Origin: Geosiphon pyriformis uo1
Lineage: Eukaryota; Fungi; Glomeromycota
DNA: 64,000 nucleotides
NCBI GenBank assembly: GCA_016748015.1
Contig: JAAOMT010000003.1
Coordinates: 66,373-130,372, forward strand
Reading direction: 5' to 3'
Shown: one piece after another, positions 1 through 12,472 of the stretch
Numbering within the stretch: the stretch's first letter is position 1
How the letters are laid out: the number at the start of each line of letters is the position of its first letter
Notes under the pieces: generated by a model
Databases searched by the model: none
What the model was told of the DNA's origin: nothing
What the model saw: the letters and a program-made list of their open reading frames with translations, nothing else
Position numbers and translations under genes: made by a program

Positions 1-669
1 AAAGGTTAGAGGTATTAGCAAATTTTAGAAATTTCCAGCAACAGATAGTATAGTTAGTTCTTACGATTAAAAAGCAAAGATCAACTGTATCTATACCATT
101 TTAATCTTTGAAAGAAAAATGGAACAGCCATATGGTACAATAACTCTAAAACGTTTTCTTGGGTCTTGAATGATAGCCAAATATTTTGGCTATTTTGGTA
201 TTAGTTGTTCTTTTAAATTTTGAATTTAAAGAGACCATATATATTGTCCAAATTAGATTATTAAAAAAACCGATTTCGATTAATAAATTGTGAGATCTGG
301 AAAAGAAGCTTTTGCCCCTCAATCGGAGTTGCAAATACGAAATCTAAAGGTTGAGATCCCAGAATTTTTTAATAGTTGTCTGTTTATCAAAATTTCAAAA
401 TTTAGTGATTTATTTGTATAAAGAATATTCTCAAGTTGGAAAAATTATAAAAATCAATTCAATTCAACTAAACTTAATATAGGAACTCGCAAAAACTTGA
501 GGGTTTGTGTGAAAAAAAAAGAAAAGAAAAGAAAAAAGAAATTAAAGGATGAGTTTAATTATATAAAATTTCTAAATGTTACGCTCTTTTGCAAATTTTG
601 AGACGTTTTTTTTACATAGCTTTAGAAGCCCTTCTACGGCTGTAAATTTAATTAATATTAATGTGAAGC

Positions 670-3600
670 ATGGAGAAATTTTGGCTAATTTTTTGCAACA
701 ATATTTTTACATCTATTAAAATTCTTATTCTTTTATTAATTTTAAATTTCCCTCAAAGTAATTCCTCGTTCAACCTTACCTTTAAGGAAGAAGTTGAGGG
801 ATTCATTATATTTAATAGTTACACTGATTTTAAAGGAACTGTCCTCTTGCGATTGATAATGAACAATAGCCAAGTTGCATGTTATTATCCTGACGAACCC
901 CGGATACATCTTCGTGTTATCATTTCCGATGGCCATGTTAACCAAATTGATTTACCACTTAATACCCTGAATATTTCTCGTCAACATTTTTGTCCAGAAG
1001 ATTTTTTATGGTTTTATCTAATTGAACCTCAATCCATTCTCTTCACCTATTATGACTTTCGAAATGAGGAACCTTCTTTGAATGAATTTTATGATGAAAC
1101 TGGAGTGATTCTATCGTATTCAGGTGAAATATTGAGGTATGAATTGGTTTTTTTTTCTCTAAAATTTGATAAATACAAGATTTCTTAACCGTTTGATATC
1201 AGTAAGTTTCCCATCGGTCGTGGATATCCCTTGAATGAAACAATAACTATCAGTCTTTTGCCTCAAGGTGGATTTATGCGAGCTTATCTGTGGCCAAATA
1301 ATACAATCAGTTGGACGACATTTTCTTCACCGTAAAAATTTCTTTTATTTTATCCATACATTTAACGACAACTAGATATTTTGTGAAATATAAATTATAA
1401 AAATTTTTCTTCAATAGTGTCAATGGCATAGTGACAAAACTTGCTGAAGGCATTTTTTATGTGCCTCGTTCCCAAGAAGTTTTTGTTCAATATTACCCTT
1501 TTCTATTACTCGATGGTGGATATGGTTGTGCTATTGTTACAAATAGCTCATTGCCTCAATTAATTCCTGCCAATGCCACAAGAAACGAGATTTTTTCTAC
1601 CGATGAAGTTGCTTGGACTGTTTATGCCATACTTCTTCGAGGGTGTACTAAAGAATTAAACGAACTTTCAATTCTCTACCAAACTTCAAAGTCATGGGAC
1701 AACGTGAGTATTGGACCTTGTCGCGTAGCTCTTGATGGCTCAGGATATGGATGCTTCATCACACCAAGTTTAAATGGTTCTCCACCGTTCATATACAGCA
1801 TTCGTTTTATTTCGGAAGGGGCAGTTATATCTTTTCAGAAATTGAGGGCTCCAACTGAGACAAACTATACAATGTTCGATTTTTATAATGTTTTTGCTGG
1901 TGGCTATATAGTGATCGGGAAAATTGGTCAACAGAGAATCGGTGACTTGTATAATACCTCGGGAAGTAAAATTAACACAGTTAAAATTAGCCAAAGAAAG
2001 GTTCATATCAACATTTTTCCATGTAACAATAGTATTTGGTATGCAGGATTTTTTTCTAATGATCCCAAAACTTGGGAGCTTATTAGCATTCCATTGCAAA
2101 AATTACTCAAATTTGGTATGTCTTTATCATAGGTTTGAGTCTATTATTAATTTTACCAAGACATCAATCTAAATCCCTTTTTCTATGGAAACTTAGATGA
2201 GAAATATTCGAATCCCAATATTTTATCAACCTATCCAGCAATAAACCAAGTAATCCCTTTACGAACAACACTAATTTCTATAAACTACAACTCAAAAGTT
2301 TCCCTCGGTACCGGTAATATCACAATATATCAATCTATTGGCGAAAAATTATTTTTACGCCAGCAAACCTCATCCCCAAGCATTCAATATATGTCAAATG
2401 GCTCTACAAAAGTTTCAATTGATGTATTCCGCAGCACTTTTAATCGACCTGGTCAATCTTATTCTGTTGTCGTGGATACGAATTTTGTTCAACGCTTTCA
2501 AAATAATGAACCTTTGTTTGGGATTGGACCCACAATCTGGCACTTTAAAACTGGTAAAACATAAAATCCTGTTATAATTTTATTGTTTCTAATTTATCGT
2601 TTTCCTTACTCGTTTTTTTATTTTAGAAAATAAGAAGGGCAAATTGCCATCAGGTAAGGTAACATTCTTAGTTCTAACCTATATCATTGCACTCATTTAA
2701 CTTTTCGAATATTTATGTCGATAGATGATGCCAGTGGATTATTGCGCTTGTCAGCAAACGGAACAATTGCATTTAAGAAAGCCTATAGTCATCGGGGGTT
2801 TTCTATTCTACAAGACTTTTCAGATCAAATAGCCGATATCATCCCAATATCACGATCACGAATAAAATTTCGAGATGCTTATCAACCAGATCCACATACC
2901 AACCCTTCCAAAATACTCTTACGGGTGTACCTTATTGGCAAATCGGAACCAGATATCCCAAATGTCATTGAGGATATTCGAAATTTGTTAGCTAATAAGG
3001 ATTATAACCAACTTTCTCGAGAAAATTATACCAGTTGGCTAGATAATACATACCCTTTTGTAATTACAGGTAAGGTCGCAAGTTACTTTTTCCTTCTTAA
3101 AATTCAAATCTAAAAGTTACTTTAACCTCTATTTTCAGATGATATTTGGGCACGTTATAAAATAGCAATTTTATTGGCAGGGGCCATATTTTTAACAGTC
3201 TTGTTTTCATATATTTATGCTATTCGGCGAAACAAAGATGTATGTTAGCAACTTTATCAAAATCTAATACCTTATTTGAATTAAATTTAATGCTCTACAA
3301 TCGAACCCTCTTTCTAGGCAAAAAATTTTGTGATTATCAATATTACATTAATAGCCCAAGATTTTATATTTGACATTTTATTTGTCCTTCAAAATGGCAA
3401 AGATTTTAAAGAATTATTCATCCCGAGGTAGGTCTGGCTCTTTGATATTTTGATATCACGCTAATGATAATTATAATTTTTTAAGAAATCTTGGTTTTAG
3501 CGTCTTGACCTTAATTATGCCAATATTTTTCAATACGTGTTTTGCTCTCTTCATAATGTTCTCCGAAAATTCTAAAGAAGACAAATTCAATGATTGGCTC

Positions 3601-4268
3601 AGGTGGGTTTGCTACTTTTAAATACTATATGATCTCAAATTAGCACTTTCTGAATATAAATCTGTTCTTTAAACAATCAGAAAATATCCTCAGGTCGCTG
3701 CATTTTTTACAATACTTTCATGTGTTGACATTGAAGTTTTAACGATTTTATCATCGCGTCTGGGTGGTTTAAACATTTTCGCAGCGGTTTTTTCTACTGG
3801 CGCTGAATCAATGATTTTTTGGGCCAGTTTTTTAAATTTTCTTATTGAAGATGTACCACAATTTATAATCCGGGTAAGGATTCTTACTAGAAAGCTAGAT
3901 TTTTCAAATCCTTAATTAATTTGTTGTTCCCTTTTCTTAGGTCTTTTATTGGAAGAAAAATATTACTTACACAATTCTGCCAAATATAGCTTTAATATCA
4001 AGTGGTATCAGTCTATTGACCACCTTCCTTGGAAAGATATATCAAGCAACGATTCGATACGGCCGAAAAGTTAACCAAGGTTCTGGATTTCTTGAAAAAT
4101 CCACGACCATTACCAACGAAATTGAGGTATAGCATGTGGTACACAGATTTCGTGACTTTTTAGAAATTTGGTTTTAATTGGGTTCATAACTTTTTTTAGC
4201 CTGAACAAGAAGATATTACAGAGAATGAAAATTTCCTCAAAAAAGTTCCCCTCAATCAGAAAGTATGA
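670..4268 (+). CDS. Large signal-peptide membrane protein (~927 aa): ectodomain with SbsA/Big_5-like Ig domain plus C-terminal 5-6 TM XK-like region (expanded Glomeromycota-type family)
   Basis: Manually spliced GT-AG exons 670-1136, 1203-1331, 1418-2115, 2197-2553, 2627-2653, 2725-3069, 3139-3239, 3318-3427, 3501-3602, 3681-3873, 3941-4126 and 4200-4268 give one open frame. It has a hydrophobic N-terminus, an Ig-like block YSNPNILSTYP..GTGNITIYQ..LRQ..STFNRPGQSYSVVVDTNFV..EPLFGI..WHFKT, and a TM region with QDFIFDILF and IEDVPQFIIR. If the last intron is retained, the stop is TAG 4130-4132. Confidence 0.85.
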
Positions 4269-5099
4269 TCCTTAATCTTGAGGGATTGTAAAATAATTGA
4301 AAGGTACCTTAAACTAAACATTCGTTCAAAGATTGAAAAATTCAAAAGGTTCACTCTCAAAGGTGAATCTGGTCATTTTTTGAATATCTGGGAATAATAT
4401 TGAATCTCAAGGTCTTGAAGTCTTTAATATTTTAAGCACACGATAAAACATTATAAAATGGAGTCTCAGCGCACACTTCCGGCAACTAATTTTTTGAGGC
4501 AATTTTCTCCAAGGATCCAGTGGTTTCATCTAGAATAACCATAATTTCAAATTTAGTTAACTGTATTCTTTTTACTAAAGACAAGAATAGATGTGAATTG
4601 AAAATTTTTCTATTATTTTCAAGAGACCAATTTGTTTGGTTGTAGCATTTTTTGAGCCCTCGCATGTGAACCTAAAATTGAATTAAATTCCAAGTCACTG
4701 ATGCCTGATCATATTTCATAAAGTAGATATGATTTTATACTTTAAAAAGCTATGGATCTTTTTCAAGCTGGAGTATCTTTGAAATTCTCTTTGAATTATT
4801 ATAAAAGAATTCAAAGTAAACCTTTTTTAGTTAAATATTTATTTATTTCACATATTAGAGAGAAACACCTCAAAATTTGTGCTGAAATGAAGATAGTCTT
4901 TAAGTGGCTATTCATTTCAATGTGGTAAAAATTTTAATAGTCTATTTCTCAAGTTCTTTCTAACGGAATAGGCGAAAAAAGGAAGAATGCTTAAAATATG
5001 TTTTTCTTACTGTTCCCAGACTTCAGCTTTTTACCTGGATGAATTCAAATCTTAATTTGAAAATTTGAATCAATATAAAATTTATTGGCTTTCAAAAGT

Positions 5100-6400
5100 A
5101 TTCAAAATTCTGTTGCTTTTGACTTTAATTAATTTATTTTAAAGTTTTATAAATCTTGAAATTTTAGTTTTAATATAATTTCTAAATAATATGAAAAAAA
5201 TTTTAACATGTTAAATTGGAAAAGATCTAATGCTTGTAAAAAAATTAATAAATTTTACAAAATTTGTTAGTACTCAACCAGATCTTGAACTTTAGTTTTC
5301 AAGAAAAAGATCTCTTTTTAGTTTTATCTTTAAACCTAAAAACAAAGTTACAAAAAAAACAGCCAATTGGCCAACAGTTTAAATATATAACAATAAATTA
5401 ACTAATTGAATTAGAGCAATATTTTTCAATATTAAAGTTTTATTAATACATATTCAAGACGAAAAAAGGTGATTTTAAAATTTAAAACTAAATACTTAAA
5501 ACTTTGAAATTTGTGACAATATTTGTAATCAGAAGTTTCTTATTAGTTCTAGTTTTTTTCTAAGTACCAGTTTTAAAAACAATAAATTTATGTTTTAAAC
5601 ATTACAAAATCATATTCTTAGTAACAATCAAAAACCGAAAAATAAAGCATGTTTAACCATAAATTTGGCTTATTATATTGCTAATTTCAAAAATTGTACA
5701 GCCAAAATAAATTTACTAATTTGGTTCAAAAATTATTTTTCAAAATTATATCTTTTTTAATACATAAAAAAAAATTCAATATAATTCTTGTATACAAAAA
5801 TTAATTAGCAAATTAAAACTTTATTAGCTAAAGCCATTTTCCAATTTAAATTTGATAATTTTGGAAAACCACTTACTCGAAATAAACATAACATAGCTAA
5901 ATTGGAACTAGGACTGTTGATAATGGGTTTTCTTGACAGCCTTTTTACAGAAAAGCTGACATATAAAAAAAGTGTGTTTAATAACAAAAATAGTGGTTGT
6001 TTCTTTTTTCTCTTTTGTTTTAGTTATAGATATAAAATTTAAAAGCTTAAGCAAAAAAGTCTTTAATATTATTATTCAAAATATTTTTACAATTAATAAC
6101 TTGTTTAAAATAAAATTATATAAATTTTTATTTTTTTGATAACAATTTTTAAAATTTTAAACAAAGATATATTCAAATACAATATTAACAATATAAACCT
6201 AAATAATTAATTAAAATATTAACTATTGTGATAAAAAACAAAAGATTTTAAATAAATTTAATTAAATCAAATTTTTTTGCTTTTATTATTTTAAAACCAT
6301 TTTAAATAAATTTACAACTAAAAATATACAGCAGTAAAAAGCGTTTTTTACCCAATTTCTAATTAAGGAATTAAATCAAAAAAAGTTTGCCATTTTCAAA
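5100..6400. mobile_element. Ultra-AT-rich decayed block, probable transposon relic
   Basis: Abrupt switch to very low GC with almost no CpG and no credible ORF. Element family not identifiable by eye; boundaries approximate. Confidence 0.35.
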
Positions 6401-6479
6401 ACGACCATCATTCCAAGGTTCCTAACTTGGTGAAAAACATTGTGAGCTCAATAAGTAAGCACCTGAAGATTTATTTAAG

Positions 6480-6710
6480 CGTTTGATAGACTATAATTTT
6501 ATTTCCCGATTCAAGAGAGCAGCAAACGCAGAAGATTCTATGGAAAATGCTTGTTAATTAGTTGTCACTTCAAAGAGATCGGATCGAAAAAAAGCATTAC
6601 AACTTTTATTCAAAGGCAACAAAGCCGGGAGATTTATTCAATCTTGCAATGTGTTTTCGAATAGGACGAGAAGAATAAAAAGTTTAAATATTTTCAAAAG
6701 CAGCTCTCTT
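6480..6710 (+). pseudogene. Heavily decayed Sel1-like repeat (SLR) gene fragment
   Basis: DNA similarity to the Sel1 pseudogene at 21.4-21.7 kb (gattcaagagagcagcaaacgcagaagattct vs gaattccagaaaccagtgaatgcagaaaattct; gatcgaaaaaaagcatt vs gatcgaggaaaagcatt; gccgggagattta vs gcgggagatcta). Peptide scraps FKRAANAEDS and FNLAMCFRIG, with several frameshifts and stops. Confidence 0.55.
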
Positions 6711-9700
6711 TACGTAAACCTTTTGTAATGTTGTTTTTTTCACATTAGGATAACAATTTGAAATCGGAAAATACGTTTTCAGTGTCCTATTATTCTCCAA
6801 AATTTAAAATTTAGATTATTCCCTTTATTCTATTTATTTACGACTTTCTGCATTGTTATACTCTCTATTTTCCCCTTTCAAACCTTTTTAGGAAGAGAGG
6901 TAATTTAATACAACTTTGATAAGATTTACTTTCATAGACTTATTAGGAAGGATAATTTTCAATTGACTATTACTAAAATTCTAAACACTCCTTTGAACAA
7001 AAACTGGTATATTTTCTAAAATAGATGGGCTGTTTTCTCATAGGGACTTATTATGCTATTTGCAATTTCCTTGTACAAGTTTATTGGTCTTTAAGTAAGG
7101 TTAAAACTCACATATGAAAATAGTAAATTGGGATTTAACTTGAATCAATCAAAGATCATTCTAAACTAAAGGATTGAATTTATTAGTTAATTTTAATTTT
7201 TCAGTCGGAAATGCTTAAACTTTATCATCTTTCAAAGTGAAATAAGCTTCTCAAGTTGGTTTATGTGAAAGGTAAGCCAGTAAAAGTTTTAATTTTAATG
7301 AGAAAATAATTTTCTTTTTTTATATTAAAAATAATAATAATTAGCTCAGATAAATTGTATCTTGATAAAAAAAGTCTTAGGATTTTGAAATTTAAGACTA
7401 AGAAATAATTCTTTTTGACGCTGGAAAAATTGGATCAGAAAAGATAATCGACTATAAAGAAAAAATTTTCTTTCGTTGAAAAGTGGAAAGCAATTTATGC
7501 TTTGGTTAAAGCATTTTCTCAAAGATCTTGATAGTAAAACTTCAGACATGCACATTGGCTTAAGTCGAACAAAATCTTATTTGTCGAAACGACTAGGAAA
7601 AGTGATTTGTGGGATTTCAGTATATAAAATAAGCAAAAAGATGATCGGGTGCTTGATATCTAATTTTCTTTTGGCAAATTCTGCATGCTAAGTATGAAAT
7701 TTTATGTTGTGGTCAGAGGTTTTTGGCCTCATCAAAAACGATTATTATTTTTTTAAATATGAAACTGAAAATTATTTTTGCTTAAAAAACTCGTATATCC
7801 ATCTGCTGATATATGCATGAATTTAAAATGTGAGACTAGAAACTTGAATAGACTCTTTTTGGTCTTTATTAAGGAGAATTAGGTGCGAAAAAATTTTTTT
7901 TTTTATTGAGTATTTGATTTTAAGTATGACGATCATTTCTTAAAGACAATAAAACGGAATTTCTGATAACTTTAACATTTAAAAAAAAAAAAAAATTATT
8001 CCAAGCTCACTTGTTTTCACGCAATCACTGCATTTCTGTTGTAATCGCACGGAAAATTTCCATTCTTTCATTTAAAAAACATGAGATTTCATAATTATAT
8101 ATAATGATCATCCTGGATTGTAGGATTATATTAACGCCATTGAACTAAATATAGAAACCAGTACCTTAAATCAATAATCCTTTGTTTTCACTCTTAAAAA
8201 GTTTTGAGTTGAATTTCCAAAATTTGATATTCCCCTGAATCCTTATTAAAAGATTCTCGTTTTTTAAATATCTTTTCATTTAAAAGTATTTGTTTTTCAC
8301 ATTGTTATTATTATTAAAATTATTATCGAAAAAGATTTTAGAACTTTCCAAACGCAAAAGATATAAATCTCAACTTGCAAAAAAAATTATCGATCTGAAT
8401 ATATTGTAGATTCGAATTGAATTTTGAAGTCATTTTTTATGAAAGCAGGTAGATTACCTACACAACAGAAAGATTTTTTTGGAAATAATATCAAACACAA
8501 TAAAATGCCAAAAAAGATTAACTTGAAATACTTTCGAAATTTATTCTCAAACCAAAATCTCCAAATTTTTGATAATTAATTAATGTAAATTTAAAATTAA
8601 ATATAAACTTAAAAAGAAAATATTTCAGAAATTCTTGACATGTTCATTGAATCCCTTTACTGTTAAATATATATCAGTCTTGAAAGCTTTCAAATGTTGA
8701 ACGAGAAAGAATATCTAGCATAAATTTAAATTGAGCTTTTAATGACCTGGGATTATACATTATGGTTCGTTGAATTAAATTTTATTAAAAGAAAAGAAGA
8801 TTAAAATATCACCAAAGCATTTACAGTGGTCGATGTAATTGGCCTCCTTTTTACGAGATATATTTTTAATTGGTACTTTTTACAATAAAATTATGTTTCC
8901 ATTTTGGCTATATTATAAAGTACCTCATGGAATAGCCTTTTTATGAAAAATAGAGATAAGGGTTAACCCATCAGATTAACCCCATGTCTACCCAACTGTT
9001 GTTGGTTGATATTTATTTTTTTTCAATTTCAAGGTTTTTTGGAAGACATTTCTAAAAAAAAAAAGAGATCTTTTGATTCGAAATCTCCCAATTAAAATGA
9101 CTACTGTCCGATAGTATTTGGACTCGAAAGAATCTCCTGCACAATTACGTATTAATGAGAATATTTATAAGGACACCCTGGTCTTTTTAGATGTTAAATG
9201 CTGCAGTGATTTCTTTTCATCGAATTGAAGTGATATGTTGAATAAGATTAAATCATGAAGACGCTTTTTGAAAGATGTCTGGGTAAAACACTAGACCAAG
9301 TCTGGAAATATTAAATATACTACATGCAGATATCCTTAGTTTCAATCGGAGACCCCATTTCATGATTGTCAATCGGCCGGTAAAAAATACCGCATTTGAA
9401 AATGAATGAACTTTTTTTTTGAAAAATAAAGATAGAGTGCACACAAAGAATCTTTTTTAAAAAAATATTCTTCATGTTTATCAAAAAATAAATTCCGTTA
9501 AATATTTCACAAAAAACTTAAAAAAGAATCAAAATGTTTGAAGATACACTTTAACTAATATCCAATATCATCCCGCTATTTTCACGAAGATAAGCAGCTA
9601 ATTAAGAACCGGTTCTTTTTACTATTTAAAACCGGAAAACTTTGTAGTCCACTTTAAAATATCAATTTTAAAAGTAAAAAATCTTGAAATATAATTTCAT

Positions 9701-10668
9701 TAAATCTAATATAAATATAAAAAAACCATTATTTGACAAATTCTGAAAATGTCAAATATCGATATAAATAAAATTAATATTAAACTTTTCAATAATGAAT
9801 TGGACAAAAAACTTTTTTAAAAATTGATTGCTATGCATTTTGACTTTAGAGTCTTTTCAAACTTTTACGTGTTTAAGAAAATTAAAATAATCATATTGAA
9901 TGAATCTCATGAAGCGAGATTGTGTGACGATTCAATTATATTATTTAGGAATGGTCTGCTTGATTATTGATACAAACATGAGCCTAAATGTTTATCGCTG
10001 TGAGATCATAAAACGTCATAGAATGATGAAATGGGGGAAAAATGAAACTATTGCTTTGACTTGGTGCTGTGGTGTATTGTTCCCAGAAGACTTCAAGCCT
10101 CACCATCTGCTTGAATGAGGTTAAACCTCGAAATTCTGAGCATTCTCACTCGCAAATGGCTATGAACCTTTACTATTGACCATCAGCAAAAATCTTTTGC
10201 AATTGAATCTTCACATCCTGTTTTCTTCGACAGATGAATATGTAAGTGATCTTTCGCTTGTCCCAGAAGAATCAAGAGTTGTAAAGGATTGATATAAAAT
10301 GAGAATTTTTTAGCTCAAAAGCTTATTTTTATGAAAATGGCTTTTCATTAGATGTCTTTAAAGGCGAATTGATCTTAAGCCTTTGATTTTGTGAAATTAG
10401 TTAAATTGGCCCTTGGATACCATGCAAAAAATTGCCTTTAGCGTTAAAAAAATCTTTGGATTTTCTTTGTTTTCAAAAACTGATAAAAATCTTGTCCCAT
10501 GTATTTGATCTATGAGCCGATGGCGTTTACCCAAGCAATTTGTGAGCCCCCATTTCCTTCAAATTTTTGAGACACCCATTTTTGAGGTCTCGAGAAAATT
10601 ATCATTTTTTTTTTTGCAAAAAGTTGAACGAGAAATTGAAATTATTGCCAAAAATTTTTCTTTGAATG

Positions 10669-12439
10669 CTATCGATCCCTTTGGCGTTCGGCAGCAGATG
10701 TAGTCTTAAAAATATCTACCAAAGAGCGGCTATACAACAAAGTAGATGACCTTGATGAATTATTTTGAATATTTGCCTCTAGAGCTTTAATTGATTCTGT
10801 CGTCCCCCTTATTTTAGGGGATAAATGCAGTTCTAGGTCAGGGGACGTTTGAAATAATTCAAAAATGTCTTTCATTATTTCGATATCTAAATTTAATTCC
10901 AAAAAGAAAGTCAGCCTTTATTCACTTAAACTAGTGAAAGGTAAAAAAGTTTTCGACAATGAAAAAGGGGGACAATTAAAACTCACTTTGAACATTCTGG
11001 AAGAACTGCAAATATTTCAACCCTCCTCGTTTTCTTATGTATGGAAGAATTATAGGGCGAAATAGTCGCCCACGCCAATAAGGCCATCCATATTGTGATA
11101 GTACAATCAATTGATGTACAGCAGCCTCACTTGAGAAAAGATTTGAAGAATTTATTTCTCTCTGAAATTTCAACGAGAATTTGATTAATTTAAAATTAAA
11201 TACGAAATCTTTGAAATTTTAATCAGAAAATTGTAGAGATCATGCCTAGGCTTGTTTACCTCATATGACCAAATTAGATTTTTAACTACTCTAACAGCTA
11301 ATTCTTCTTGTGTAACTTGCATGAGATTGTATGAAGTTTGAGCTTTTTCGACTTCCTCTTTTTTACGAGTAAGTATCCAATCATCTTTTTCAAAATGTTC
11401 CGCTATCATAGGCGTTGATGGTAAGCCAGATAACAAGATTCTTAGTTCAGCGCGAGCCTCACCCCACATGTGTGCCTTTATGTAGATCATAGCTATTGAG
11501 TATAGAGCGCGTAATGGCAACATAAGTGACATTTGAACCTCGATAGCACTTTTTTCTTTTGAAAAATTATCATTTGGGCATCGTTGATGTCGATGTGATG
11601 AGACCAAAATAGGATTTTCAATGTTTTTGATAATTGGCTGCCGACTTGCATCCCATGCATGAGTAAATTCATCGCAAATCTCACGGTAATATTTGAATGA
11701 TGTCTGTGGTGAGCCACTATTTAAGAGATTCAATTCAGCGCGAGTGAGCATTATTGAGTTTATGATTTCTGATGTAAGATCCCAAGTTTTCATTTGATGA
11801 TTCAAATCTAATTAAAGAATATAATAACAAAATTAAATATTATGAGACAATTTTCGATATTTATACGAAAAAGAGAATTTTTCGGCGACCTTGTACTAGA
11901 TCGAGGTTCGAACCTCGATGATCCGATACCATTTCCTCAATCAAATCCCAACAATTTCTGGCACGTATTAAAAGTTCTAAAGCTTTTTTTGCTTCAGAGT
12001 CACCTAATTCATATTCTGCTAATAAAGAAAATTTATTTTAAACACAAATAAAGCGAGGATGTATGGAGTGAGTGTTTCGGAAAAGTCGTACCTTCAAGGC
12101 ACTTTCCAAAATCTGTTTCACTTCGGTGGGCACCGTTAATGTCATTAAGCGTTGAATGAGAATATGTATTTGATGATGAATTTGGTGATGATTCAAAATT
12201 TTTCTCAGTATCGGCCATGGTATCGTCATCGATCAGGAGGTTTTTCACTTTCATCACATCGGTCCCCCTAACTTTTTGTTTGCCTTTTCGTTCCGAATTT
12301 TCTAGGCATGGCGAATATATTTTCTCCTTAGCTACGTCTGCCTCCCCATTATTTGAAATTTGGGCAGTTCCATTCAACCTTCGCATTTTGCTTGCTGGTT
12401 GACCGACTATTGCATCTTCCGACAATATAGAGTCCGAGT

Positions 12440-12472
<33 letters not shown>

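Noticed and set aside
10023-10139. Possible C/D snoRNA (ATGATGA ... CTGA, ~117 nt, two small hairpins)
   Set aside because: No proper terminal stem and no rRNA antisense element I can identify; would need snoscan or Infernal.
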